Below, piece after piece: positions 1 to 10,618 of a stretch of 38,888 nucleotides of DNA. The notes under the pieces were generated by a model. It was not told where the DNA came from, ran no database searches, and saw only the letters and a program-made list of their open reading frames with translations. Made by a program: the position numbers and the translations under genes. This DNA is from Octopus bimaculoides (Eukaryota), in the NCBI RefSeq assembly GCF_001194135.2, contig NC_068992.1, forward strand, positions 41,513,561-41,552,448. The letters are read 5' to 3'. Position 1 is the stretch's first letter; the number at the start of each line of letters is the position of its first letter.

Positions 1-860
1 ACCTTCCCCGAAAATACTGCCGTACATATGCACATACAACCCCAGAAACAAAGAAGCCTTCACCATCATCACCCAAAACATACCAATGCTACATAAGGAC
101 CCCAAATTAAAGGAAATTTTACACACACACAAAATCATTAAAAGCTACAAACAACCAAAATCACTGAAAAAGATCTTCACAAAGGCAAAATTATTTTCCA
201 AAATAACAGATGCAAAAGTAAAAAAAATGTGGTCGACCAAATTGCGCAACATGACCAAACATTCTAGAAGGTTCAGAATTCCTCTTCAAAGAGGGACAAA
301 AATTCAAAGTTAAATCTGACTTTACTTGTGCCTCAGAAAACCTTATTTATGTAATTAGATGCTTGGGCTGCCACGAAAACGACATAGGGTCCACAGGATT
401 ATTGCTCAGACGCAGATGCACTCTGCATCGACAGAAGATTGCATGCCCAGAATACCGAATGATACCTTTTAGTGAGCATATTGAGAAATGGGCAAAACAA
501 ATGCTACCACAATTTATGATCTTTCCTTTCTATCAATGTGCCAATAGAACACCAACACAAATTAGATTAAATAAGGAAACTTTTTTCATTTAAAAATACA
601 AACCCAAACTTAACCATTGCTAACACATTTAAATAAGGAAATTCATCACTCCACTGAGAGGGAAAAAAATATAGAACAAAACCATGGTAAATTAATCAAA
701 TTCTACCACCTCCTAGATTTCGATTATCTCCTTTATACCGGAAGAAATCCCTAATTACCTCCCCCTATCTAGAACTCTTCTTTTCAGACTGGAGCGAACA
801 CATGTTACAATGAAGTAGAGAAATTTGAAAAGACAACACGAAACCGGATATTTCTCAAAA
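1..860 (+). mobile_element. Penelope-like element 3' end: linker, GIY-YIG endonuclease and pseudo-LTR (degenerate)
   Basis: Joining frames across an A-run frameshift at ~221-227 gives ...KSYKQPKSLKKIFTKAK...KKCGRPNCAT*P...FKVKSDFTCASENLIYVIRCLGCHENDIGSTGLLLRRRCTLHRQKI...SEHI...RLNKETFFI*KYKPKLN. This is the CxxC linker / C-x-S-x-N-x-IY-x-I-x-CxxC / YIG-x-T / RxxxH / ExxxI...P-x-LN pattern of PLE GIY-YIG domains. Confidence 0.9.
818..856 (+). ncRNA. Degenerate minimal hammerhead-ribozyme-like motif in the PLE pseudo-LTR
   Basis: GAGAAAT (818-824) pairs perfectly with ATTTCTC (850-856), enclosing TTGAAAA (cf. CTGANGA), GACAACAC, GAAA and CCGG-AT. Three core positions deviate from consensus. 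Confidence 0.5.
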
Positions 861-964
861 TACAATGTTTATATACCAAAAAAATGTTATAACATTTTTC
901 TGACATAATTTAAATATATACTTTAACCATGTAACACAAGCCTTCTGTAGTTTTTTCACTCTTA

Positions 965-968
965 TTAT

Positions 969-1016
<48 letters not shown>

Positions 1017-1130
1017 TATATATATACATACATATATATATATATATATATATGCATATATACGTGTGTGGGTGTGTGTACGCCTGATTAAATATATGAC
1101 ATATATGTATGTATATATACACACATATAT
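965..1130. repeat. (AT)n/(AC)n compound microsatellite
   Basis: Direct reading of TA and CA runs. Confidence 0.95.
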
Positions 1131-1319
1131 ATTTATGTATGCATATATTTATACATAAAGAGGATATATATTTAACCAGGTGATTTCCTCTTTAGACTGA
1201 TAGACGAGTCCGTAAGAGGAGATTTCTCTGATAGTCACACGATTCTCTAAATCCCCATCTTATGCGCAGTCACAAATGCACACATACATATATGTACATG
1301 CGTGGAAGTAGATGTATAT

Positions 1320-1402
1320 TTGTGTTTGTGCGTGTGTGTATGTGTGCGTGTATGTGTGTGCGTGTGTGTGTGTGTGTGTGCGTGTGCGTGTGTGTGTGTG
1401 TG
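1320..1402. repeat. (TG)n microsatellite with CG interruptions
   Basis: Direct reading. Confidence 0.95.
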
Positions 1403-1432
1403 TATGAGAGAGATCTCCTGCATACGTACATG

Positions 1433-1661
1433 TTATGAGAAATTGTTGAATCTGTGAGCTTCTGTGAACTTTTCGCTGAAGACCTCTGGGGGTTGTGTGT
1501 TGCTGACGAATTCAATATCCAAACACGGATGGTGCAATCGCCAAATGTGTCTCATAACATAAGCTTCTCTATTAACTTTCTTGAAGTAGAAGTAATGCGT
1601 CAACCTATCCCGGGGCATGTGCCAGTTTGCTTCCCCTCGAATGCAATCGAATGCATCTAAG
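1433..1661 (-). CDS. Candidate terminal coding exon of an unknown host gene
   Basis: Acceptor TTTTTCACATTTCAG precedes an open frame LDAFDCIRGEANWHMPRDRLTHYFYFKKVNREAYVMRHIWRLHHPCLDIEFVSNTQPPEVFSEKFTEAHRFNNFS*. The segment is GC-richer than its flanks and an in-frame stop lies just upstream of the acceptor. No family recognised. Confidence 0.3.
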
Positions 1662-2428
1662 CTGAAATGTGAAAAATTGCGTTATATCTTAGAAGGACCC
1701 TGTTTTCAAATACTTGCAAAGTTACTGATGTGGTATCGGCTAATCACAAAGCAACCGTAGATTTGAATTACTGCGGCATAGCATAGCCCGTGTACCTTAT
1801 ATATATTTGTTATTTAGGGAAATTCCTGTTTGTATCTCGAAGGTGGGGATATTAGTTGGACATGTTAGTATAGATATTTATCTTCTATTTTGATGTTCAC
1901 AAGTGGATATAGGCAAGTTTTTGTCTCTATATTTTTCTCTAGGGGTTTATTGTTCTTCAAGCAATTTGATCAAAATGTTGAAATTTTAACATTTGTGTTT
2001 TATGGAACAAGAATTTGTGGGTTCTGTATTTATTAGTTTTTCTTCACTTCTGTTTCGAAGGTGGCTATTTTAATAATATATTATTTTAGGCTTATGGTTG
2101 TATCTGAAAGTGTGCCATTAGAAAAGGTGTGAGTATTTTCAAGTATAGAAATAGGAATAAAAAATAACGTATAATTGAAACTATTGATTTTAAAATTTAA
2201 AAAAATTAAGTTAAAAAAATTTTTCAAAATCATTTCAAAAATATTTCAAAAATATTTTCAAAAAATTAAAAAAACAATTTTTTAAAAATGCTTTTAGAAA
2301 TTTGAAATTCTTAAATCAATTGCTTAGAGTTTAAATATTCCAAATAGCGAATCACACTGCTAAGCTAACAGACATAGTTCCCTCTTAGCATTTTTGCATA
2401 AGCGTTAGTAATACTGATTTCAAATTTT

Positions 2429-2629
2429 TGCACAAGACCAGTAATTTCGGAGAAGTGGGTAAGTCAATTACATCGACACCATTGCTCAGTTGGTACTTAC
2501 TGTACCAACCTCGAAGAGATGAAAGACAATATCAACCTCAGCGGAATTTGAACTGAGAACGCAAAAACGGATGAAATACCGTTGAGCATCTTGCCCGAAG
2601 TGCTAAGCGCTCTGCCAGCTCATCACCTT
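2429..2629 (-). mobile_element. tRNA-derived SINE, family A (old copy)
   Basis: Colinear with the better-preserved copies at 6080-6298 and 37283-37495. Flanked by TAGTAATA(C/T)T at 2406-2415 and 2644-2653. Confidence 0.85.
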
Positions 2630-3762
2630 AAAAAGCAAAGTGGTAGTAATATTAAAACTCAGTTCATATTCCTAAGATAATAATTTCAATGCTTATGTCA
2701 TTACTATTATTGGTTTTGAGCATTCTATCTGCGTTTATACAATCTTCTATAACAGAATGATGGTTTCATATTTTTAACATAGAACTTTCATTATAACTGG
2801 GAGACTTGGAACTTCAGTAAATGCTTATTAATACGTTATTTTCTGTCTATATGATTAGTTTTTTCCTTAGTTTGTTGAAGAGTAAACCTTGAATGTAAAC
2901 CATAGACAAGATTTATGTCGGTGTCCTTTCCCTCGTTCTGGCAATTCAAAAAGTATTATTTGGTAAATGAAATATTATTGCTTGGCAAATAAAGACATAA
3001 AATATTATAAAATAAAACAATTAAACAAAAAATAGAATTCTACTGAGACGTCGAATATAATTTGATATGGAAAAGTTTTAAATTGATCATAATAGAATTG
3101 ATTGAAACATTAGCAGAGACGTAAACTGTGGGACTAATTTGGGTAATAAGTATTTTAGTAAGTGTATATAGTTTGCTAATTTAATAAGGAAAGACAAGAA
3201 TTGTTAAATGGATAAGATTCCTAAGTGAAATCGAAATAAATAACAAATTGTCGAAGGTCGGAGCAAGCACAATTTATCTTGATATTTGTACATGTTCAAA
3301 ACAAACTCTTTTATTTTTATTTGGTTTAGCAGGTCACTGCTTCGCTGGATGTGAATGGTAGACAGTATTAAATAATCACTGACTGCTATACATTTAGGTC
3401 GAAAAAACCAGAACCTTCGCTAAGTTCTGTCGTGTAATTGGCGATTATGTAACTATCCAGTGGATAACATAACATCGAATATGAGTTTTCAAAACAATGC
3501 TATATCTTAACAAAAATGCATAAATTTAATAATATTAATTGTAGTTTTTTATATTAATTATATTAATTCAAATATATGATTTTGTTACGTGCGACTGAAA
3601 TCTCTAGACAAATACGTAAACGTATACTCATTAAAAAATCAATTTTTAATGAAATTCTAAATATTAAATTGCTATAGCTGAGGCCCCCATATTTCCTGAT
3701 TTAGCAGATGTATGACTGGCAGATAGCCAGACTCAGGTTCAATTCACCACTACTTAATTTAC

Positions 3763-3892
3763 TATTTCGTCATTCTACAGACATGTATCACGGATGTAGT
3801 AAGTCTCATACGAAGTTTTGTACCAAAATTTCTTGTAAAATATAACTGAACGGTGAAGCATTTCGCCTGGTTAGCTGTCACATCGGGTATAT
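3763..3892 (-). CDS. Candidate internal exon (unknown product)
   Basis: TAG acceptor at 3893-3895, open frame IPDVTANQAKCFTVQLYFTRNFGTKLRMRLTTSVIHVCRMTK, donor TA|GTAAAT. Phase-compatible with the 1433-1661 candidate. Confidence 0.25.
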
Positions 3893-4252
3893 CTATAACT
3901 TGTAAGTGATATTGAATAGATGAAAACTGCAGATAACTCAAATCAGGCTGATGGCACATGTAATTCAAAAGCATAAGACATTAAAGGTATACGTACCAAT
4001 TCATTTACATGGACAAGTCATTCCAATGATCAAACAAGAGAAGGTCGCAAGACTGGCAGGCCCAAACTTTGAAGATTTTCTGACACATCTTCGTTTAAGT
4101 TTTAATATGTACTTTCCTAAAAAGAAATTATTTGGTTTAATGCTAAAATATTTTATTGGCTGTTATTTTAACGCTAATTTATTATAAGGTAACTATTGTT
4201 TCCAAAGTTATTTTAGTGTTGTCTATTTTGCAGTTCATAGTGCTGATAGTAA

Positions 4253-4332
4253 TCAAACCGGTAGAAATGCTGTCACTGATTCCGTTGCAGGGTACTTTGA
4301 AATGTCTTTTGGTGTTTGTCCATACCTATTGC
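4253..4332 (-). CDS. Candidate exon encoding an ankyrin-repeat-like segment
   Basis: Strong acceptor TATTATTTTCTTGCTTTAG, then NRYGQTPKDISKYPATESVTAFLPV*. This fits the N-x-x-G-x-T-P...V-x-x-L-L spacing of a terminal ankyrin repeat. Possible donor CCG|GTTTGA at 4259/4258. Confidence 0.35.
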
Positions 4333-5890
4333 CTAAAGCAAGAAAATAATAGTCTAATAACAGTATAAATGAATTCAGGCGATGTGTTGGTCAAATATGG
4401 CCCTAACATATCTCAATTGATCCAAATGTTACACACACACACACACACACGCGCACACACACACACACACACACATGAGGAGGTACTAAAAAGATCCTGG
4501 CTTTGGGTAGAAGAAAATACAGGTAGACCGGGTAATTATGATTTTATTCAACATATTTCTCTCTCAGATTCACACGCTTATTGAAGCTGTCTTTCACTTG
4601 CTCTAGGCCTGTAAAAAAAGTCTGAAGACTGGGCCTCCAAACAGGTCTTTCANNNNNNNNNNNNNNNNNNNNNNNNNNNNNNNNNNNNNNNNNNNNNNNN
4701 NNNNNNNNNNNNNNNNNNNNNNNNNNNNNNNNNNNNNNNNNNNNNNNNNNNNNNNNNNNNNNNNNNNNNNNNNNNNNNNNNNNNNNNNNNNNNNNNNNNN
4801 NNNNNNNNNNNNNNNNNNNNNNNNNNNNNNNNNNNNNNNNNNNNNNNNNNNNNNNNNNNNNNNNNNNNNNNNNNNNNNNNNNNNNNNNNNNNNNNNNNNN
4901 NNNNNNNNNNNNNNNNNNNNNNNNNNNNNNNNNNNNNNNNNNNNNNNNNNNNNNNNNNNNNNNNNNNNNNNNNNNNNNNNNNNNNNNNNNNNNNNNNNNN
5001 NNNNNNNNNNNNNNNNNNNNNNNNNNNNNNNNNNNNNNNNNNNNNNNNNNNNNNNNNNNNNNNNNNNNNNNNNNNNNNNNNNNNNNNNNNNNNNNNNNNN
5101 NNNNNNNNNNNNNNNNNNNNNNNNNNNNNNNNNNNNNNNNNNNNNNNNNNNNNNNNNNNNNNNNNNNNNNNNAAACTTGGTTCTTTTCCCTAAAACTATA
5201 TATTTTAACATATAATCTATAAAGCTCAATTTAATTTAATTTTTTTATAAATTGATTTTGAGTTTTTACCTGTAATTTTGGATTTTGTCCCTAATATTAT
5301 ATATATATATATAATGATAAAGAATGTGGTATATTTCGAATTCCATTTTACGTGTTTCATTACAGAATATAAGCTACAAGTTATACACTTGCATTGTGTC
5401 TATGTATGATATGATGTACCGATAGAAGATCCCATACCGGTTTTGGACATGTATATAGCTTGTAACTCCTAACTTGTAATGAAACGCGTGTAACATATGA
5501 GGCACCAAATTTTCCATTCTTTCTTATAACATATACTTTGAAAATACAATTTCCGAAAACTCTGAACTTGTATGTAGGCCACAATGAAAATAAGACACAC
5601 CACACACACATATATATACACATTTGGTTTCAACAATGCGCAGATATGCATCACGAGGGCATGGTTTGGTTTCTAATACCCATATATATATATACGTTAA
5701 AACGTATTTGTATACATATCCATATGTGTAATAGGCGTGTGTACATATGTGTATCAATATATATATGTATAACTTTGTGCAGTTAGAGTTAACATCTAAT
5801 TCCAGTCGTCCGTCATTATAACAATTTTCTCTCATTTCATATTTGTTTGTGAAATAAAACTGAAAACATCGAATGATCAAATATTCTTTT

Positions 5891-6298
5891 CTATTCTAGG
5901 AACAAGACCTGAAATTTTGTGGGAGGGGGCCAGTCGATTAGATCGACCTCAGTACGCAACTGGTACTTAATTTATCGACCCCGAAAGGATGAAAGGCAAA
6001 GTCGACCTCGGCGGAATTTGAACTCAGAATGTAGACGAAATACCACTAAGCATTTCGCCCGGCGTTCTAACGTTTCTCATTTCTTTACTGCCCACAAGAG
6101 GCTACACACAAGGACAGACAAAGGGATTAAGTCGAGTATATCGACCCCAGTGCGTAACTGGTACCTATTTAATCGAACTCGAAAGGATGAAAGGCAAAGT
6201 CGACCTCGGTGGAATCTGAACTCAGAACGTAGCAGCAGATGAAATACCGCTAAGCATATCGCCCGGCGTTCTAACGTTTCTGCCAGTTCGCCGCCTTA
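5891..6298 (-). mobile_element. Head-to-tail dimer of family A SINEs (5891-6076 and 6080-6298)
   Basis: Read on minus: AAGGCGGCGAACTGGCAGAAACGTTAG (A-box-like), GAGTTCAGATTCC/GAGTTCAAATTCC (B-box-like), then a central GTCGACTTTGCCTTTCATCCTTTCG block, present twice. Confidence 0.92.
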
Positions 6299-7009
6299 AT
6301 GAACAAATACTATAACATATAATAAAAGTTCCTTTCTAACATGGATATTATATATTTTAATATTAGATTTCATATTATTAAGAAATTTGGAGTATACCTC
6401 CAGGTTTTCAATAAACCATCTTTATTTCATATATAATCTATCGTGATTTTAATTGGACTTTTCTGAAGTAAGACGATATTGTTAATCTTTGATTTAAGAA
6501 ACGAAATTCCTTTCCAATATTAATGAGTACCCAAAAGCGATTGCTTCTCATTTAGTAATTTTGAATGACATTTTCGCAGCTGTACGTGATATTGATTGTG
6601 GGAATAGTAATGGCTATGAAAAATATCAACCATTTGTTAACCATTTGTAATCAATCAATATCAACCATTTCATCTGTAGTGAAACATTAGTACCAACATC
6701 AAGATGAACAAGTATCAAGACTTGGTATATGTGAAGTGGAGCGTTTTCAAAGAGACTCTGTTTGAGTGTGGTATCCCCTGTCATCAAATGTTGCACTAGG
6801 AATCGTGTCAAAGAATGCAAAAATCTGACATGGCCAGTTGGAGTTAACAGTCATCTTTAGATGTACGGAGTTGGAGTCGTATTCTGAACGGCGCGTGTAT
6901 TGAGGAAATATTCACATATAAAATCTATAGGAGGAAATGTAAGAAGATCATCAAAACTAATGAAATTCTTAATAAAACAACGGCTCTGCTAGAAATAAAA
7001 CTTATCTCA

Positions 7010-7088
7010 ACTTAGAACATAAAGACGAGCAAAATGCCGCTAAGCATTTTGTCCAGCGTGCTAACAAATCAGCCAGTTCGCTGCTTTA
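7010..7088 (-). mobile_element. Family A SINE head fragment
   Basis: ...ACTTAGAACATAAAGACGAGCAAAATGCCGCTAAGCATTTTGTCCAGCGTGCTAAC...GCCAGTTCGCTGC aligns to the heads of other copies. Confidence 0.8.
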
Positions 7089-7124
7089 ATAATAATAATA
7101 ATAATAATACAAGCAAAATAAGCT

Positions 7125-7470
7125 ATTCACATCCAATGCCAAAACATTCTACAGAGAAATAGGGAAGAAGAAAATAACCGTTGATGAGTCCTCCCTCGAA
7201 TGGAAGAAGTTGAAAAGTTTTGGAAAATATTTAGATTGGAGAGAAGACATAGAATGAAAATGCAGATTGTAATAAACGCACAGGATTAAACGCACAGAAG
7301 GATCCTACTAAAATTTACAAGAATAAGCATGCGAAGAGATCACACAATATCAGATATCAGAATGGCATAACGAAGGCTCCTAAATAGAAACCCCCTGGTA
7401 AATATGGGTTACTAAATATCTGGTTCTCGTTGCTCCCATGCACACAGAAGATCTCTTGTTAACCAGTTAG
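7125..7470 (+). mobile_element. R4/Dong-like (RLE-type) non-LTR retrotransposon fragment, region upstream of the RT
   Basis: Frameshifted translation SNAKTFYREIGKKKITVDES / MEEVEKFWKI / NENAD / ITKAPK*KPPGKYGLLNIWF matches the N-x-K-x-FY, VExFWxxIW and WKxPGxDGI motifs. Starts ~20 bp after a (TAA)n run at 7088-7108. Confidence 0.7.
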
Positions 7471-7494
7471 GTGTTTTCTTAGAATTTCTCATAT

Positions 7495-7731
7495 TTTCAT
7501 TGAACAGCGGAACTGTTTGGTCGTGTTGCGAAAGAATGAAAATCCGATCAGGGGCACTACATGTTTGTACTGTAGATGTAATTGCCGGCGCCTATAGCGG
7601 CCTACCGGCAAGAAAATTATCTCGCTTACGCATGAAGAGTGGCGTCACCTTGCATCCAAATGAATTTGCTCACGCGGCATTAAATTTGGTGGGAAAAAAT
7701 AAAGTTGGATTCCTTTTGAACGCACCTCGCA
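7495..7731 (-). mobile_element. Mariner-type DNA transposon terminal fragment
   Basis: The minus strand begins (TG)CGAGGTGCGTTCAAAAGGAATCCAACTTT, a mariner-like TIR, followed by GC-richer subterminal sequence. No partner TIR or transposase found. Confidence 0.6.
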
Positions 7732-7903
7732 TATACCTAAACATGCTGCACGTGGTTACCCTTCAATATCGGCATCCGTATATAGGGCTACGTAGCAACT
7801 ATACACACAGCCTGGTCTGCTACAGCTTCACATGCAGGCATACATACTGTGCCTATATACGCAACCACGTTTGCATGCATACGCACAACCTAGTTTCATG
7901 CGC

Positions 7904-7904
<1 letters not shown>

Positions 7905-7945
<41 letters not shown>
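7905..7945. repeat. (AT)n microsatellite
   Basis: Direct reading. Confidence 0.95.
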
Positions 7946-8138
7946 GTGCATGTGTGTGTACATGTATATATGTATATATAGGCGCCTAAATACAGAGCCT
8001 GCGCCTGTCTACAGAGCCAAGACAACACCTATACATACAATGTTCCCTATGCACCTATTTACTTAGCAATGCCTGTGCACCACTATTCGTAGCCATTCGT
8101 TCCACCCAATTGCCTCTCAGTATTATATCACAACATAT

Positions 8139-8352
8139 GGTGAGCGAGCACAATGGGTTAGCACGACGGACAAAATACTTTGTAGCATTTTGTCCGTCCT
8201 TACGTTCCGAGTTCAAAATCCACCGTTGTCGACTTTGCCATCTATCCTTTTAGGGTCGATAAAATAAGTACTAGTTAACCACTGGGGACGATCTAAAGAC
8301 TTACTCCCTGTGCCGAACTTGTGCTGGCCTTGTGTCAAAATTTGAAATCAAT
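8139..8352 (+). mobile_element. Family A SINE
   Basis: B-box-like GAGTTCAAAATCC and central GTCGACTTTGCCATCTATCCTTTTAGGGTCGATAAAATAAGTAC. Degenerate flanking repeat CAGTATTATATCACAACA / CAATATTACATTGCAACA (14/18). Confidence 0.85.
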
Positions 8353-8427
8353 ATTACATTGCAACACAAGGCATTTCTGTAACAAGAAATACAGGAAATT
8401 TATTCATAAGAGATGGTATATACAAAA

Positions 8428-8550
8428 TGGTTAGCGGACTTTCGTCCGTCTTTACTTTCTCAATTCAAATTCCACTGAGGTCGACTTCGCCTGTCTTTCA
8501 GGGTCGATAAAATGATTACCAGTGGAAATCTGGTGATCAACATTATAGAC
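8428..8550 (+). mobile_element. Family A SINE, 5'-truncated variant
   Basis: CAAATTCCACTGAGGTCGACTTCGCCTGTCTTTCAGGGTCGATAAAATGATTACCAG; shares variant features with the 10759-10967 copy. Confidence 0.8.
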
Positions 8551-9136
8551 TTGCACAAACTTGAGCACACGATACACACAACAGGAGCATCCTCTACTGT
8601 AAAAAAAACAAAAAAAAACAATAATACAATATAGCACACTCTTTTTTTATAATCGACACCAGTTTTTTTAATAGATGCAGATCAACTGATGTGTCGTATA
8701 AAAATATCATTCTGTATACCTTGAAGACAATGCTGTATATACCACCAGGTGTCGAGGTGCACCTGTTTGTGCTTCAGAATCAAAGGATAATGTTGAAAAC
8801 GTTATAATCATAATTAGAATAGTAAATATAATGAATATATTGTATGCTATCGGCTTATGTCACTGCAATAATATTGATGATTTGTGATGTTTACTCAAAG
8901 TTTAATGACTACTTTTATGTGTGTCATTTCTGTATCAGGAAATAAAGGAAAGTTATTCATAAGAGATGGTATGTACAATAATCTGTGTGTTGGATATAAC
9001 AGAGGTTAATATCTACAGTAATCCCTCGACTATCGAGGGTATTACATTCCAAAATCCTCTGCGACAGGTGAAAATCCGAGAAGTAGAATCAGTACTCTAC
9101 TGTATATATTTTCTATTATTTAAAAAATTTGTATAT

Positions 9137-10354
9137 GAGTGGCTGTGTTGTAAATGGCCAATCGAAATGAAATAAAGTAGCTTGTTTACCAACCACATAG
9201 TTCCGGGTTCAGTCCCACTGCGGGATCTATTTTAAAACGGGGGCCACAGTATTTTCTTAACGAAACACTTTGAAACTTGGAACACTGGCAGAATGTGTCA
9301 TATAAAACATCTTTTTCTCTTAGTCTTCTTAAAAAAAAAAGAAATCCCTAAGTTATTCCATGTTAAAGTTGTCGTATTTCTGTAATTTCAACCAATCACT
9401 GACGTCCATTCAGCCGATATACATTAAGTGCCGACTACATAAACAAACGATTCTGAAACAATTCTATCGGTAATAAAAATTATTATTTCCTTGTCAAAAA
9501 ATGGCTGAAGCATATTGGCAGTAGCTAATAAACCTTTCTATTATAGGCTAACCCTAACCGTAGGGTTAGGGTTNNNNNNNNNNNNNNNNNNNNNNNNNNN
9601 NNNNNNNNNNNNNNNNNNNNNNNNNNNNNNNNNNNNNNNNNNNNNNNNNNNNNNNNNNNNNNNNNNNNNNNNNNNNNNNNNNNNNNNNNNNNNNNNNNNN
9701 NNNNNNNNNNNNNNNNNNNNNNNNNNNNNNNNNNNNNNNNNNNNNNNNNNNNNNNNNNNNNNNNNNNNNNNNNNNNNNNNNNNNNNNNNNNNNNNNNNNN
9801 NNNNNNNNNNNNNNNNNNNNNNNNNNNNNNNNNNNNNNNNNNNNNNNNNNNNNNNNNNNNNNNNNNNNNNNNNNNNNNNNNNNNNNNNNNNNNNNNNNNN
9901 NNNNNNNNNNNNNNNNNNNNNNNNNNNNNNNNNNNNNNNNNNNNNNNNNNNNNNNNNNNNNNNNNNNNNNNNNNNNNNNNNNNNNNNNNNNNNNNNNNNN
10001 NNNNNNNNNNNNNNNNNNNNNNNNNNNNNNNNNNNNNNNNNNNNNNNNNNNNNNNNNNNNNNNNNNNNNNNNNNNNNNNNNNNNNNNNNNNNNNNNNNNN
10101 NNNNNNNNNNNNNNNNNNNNNNNNNNNNNNNNNNNNNNNNNNNNNNNNNNNNNNNNNNNNNNNNNNNNNNNNNNNNNNNNNNNNNNNNNNNNNNNNNNNN
10201 NNNNNNNNNNNNNNNNNNNNNNNNNNNNNNNNNNNNNNNNNNNNNNNNNNNNNNNNNNNNNNNNNNNNNNNNNNNNNNNNNNNNNNNNNNNNNNNNNNNN
10301 NNNNNNNNNNNNNNNNNNNNNNNNNNNNNNNNNNNNNNNNNNNNNNNNNNNNNN

Positions 10355-10399
<45 letters not shown>

Positions 10400-10618
10400 T
10401 TGTGTGTCAGCGTTTGTCCTCCCAACATCGCTTGACAATCGATGCTGGTGTGTTTACCTCCACGTAACGTAGAGTTTCAGCATAAGGGGCCGATAGAATA
10501 AGTACTAGGCTTACAAAGAATAAGACCAGCGGTCGATTTACTCAACTAAAGGCCAGTGCTCTAGCATGGCCGTGGGCAAATGACTGAAACAAGGAAGAGA
10601 ATAAAAGAATAAAAGAAG
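9137..10618 (+). mobile_element. Family B SINE split by an insertion (head 9137-9222, tail 10355-10618)
   Basis: Head GAGTGGCTGTG...GGTTCAGTCCCACTGCG and tail TTTGTCCTCCCAACATCGCTTGACAA...GAATAAGTAC...GCATGGCC...GACTGAAACAAG match the intact copy at 20842-21364. Confidence 0.75.
9223..9573. mobile_element. Unclassified insertion interrupting the SINE B head (right end in the gap)
   Basis: The SINE head stops abruptly at CCCACTGCG and unrelated sequence GGATCTATTTTAAAACGGGGGCC... follows, ending in CTAACCCTAACCGTAGGGTTAGGGTT at the gap. Confidence 0.45.

Noticed and set aside
1186-1220. Hairpin TCCTCTT/AAGAGGA containing CTGATAG...GAGTCCGTAAG
   Set aside because: Superficially hammerhead-like, but it lacks CTGANGA and the GAAA box in the right geometry.
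4324-4520. LLPKAR encoded on both strands (plus ~4326-4343, minus ~4495-4512)
   Set aside because: No further alignment, both frames stop nearby, and the plus copy overlaps the minus-strand acceptor; treated as coincidence.
5372-5467. 20-bp imperfect inverted repeat (pre-miRNA-like)
   Set aside because: Three mismatches and a 56-nt loop; expected by chance in AT-rich DNA.
7500-8066. 188-aa plus-strand ORF
   Set aside because: It runs across a mariner end and AT microsatellites; no protein motif.
8550-8790. Possible minus-strand exon pair around a ~120-nt intron
   Set aside because: Splice signals are present, but no frame gives a recognisable product and one exon runs into a SINE.
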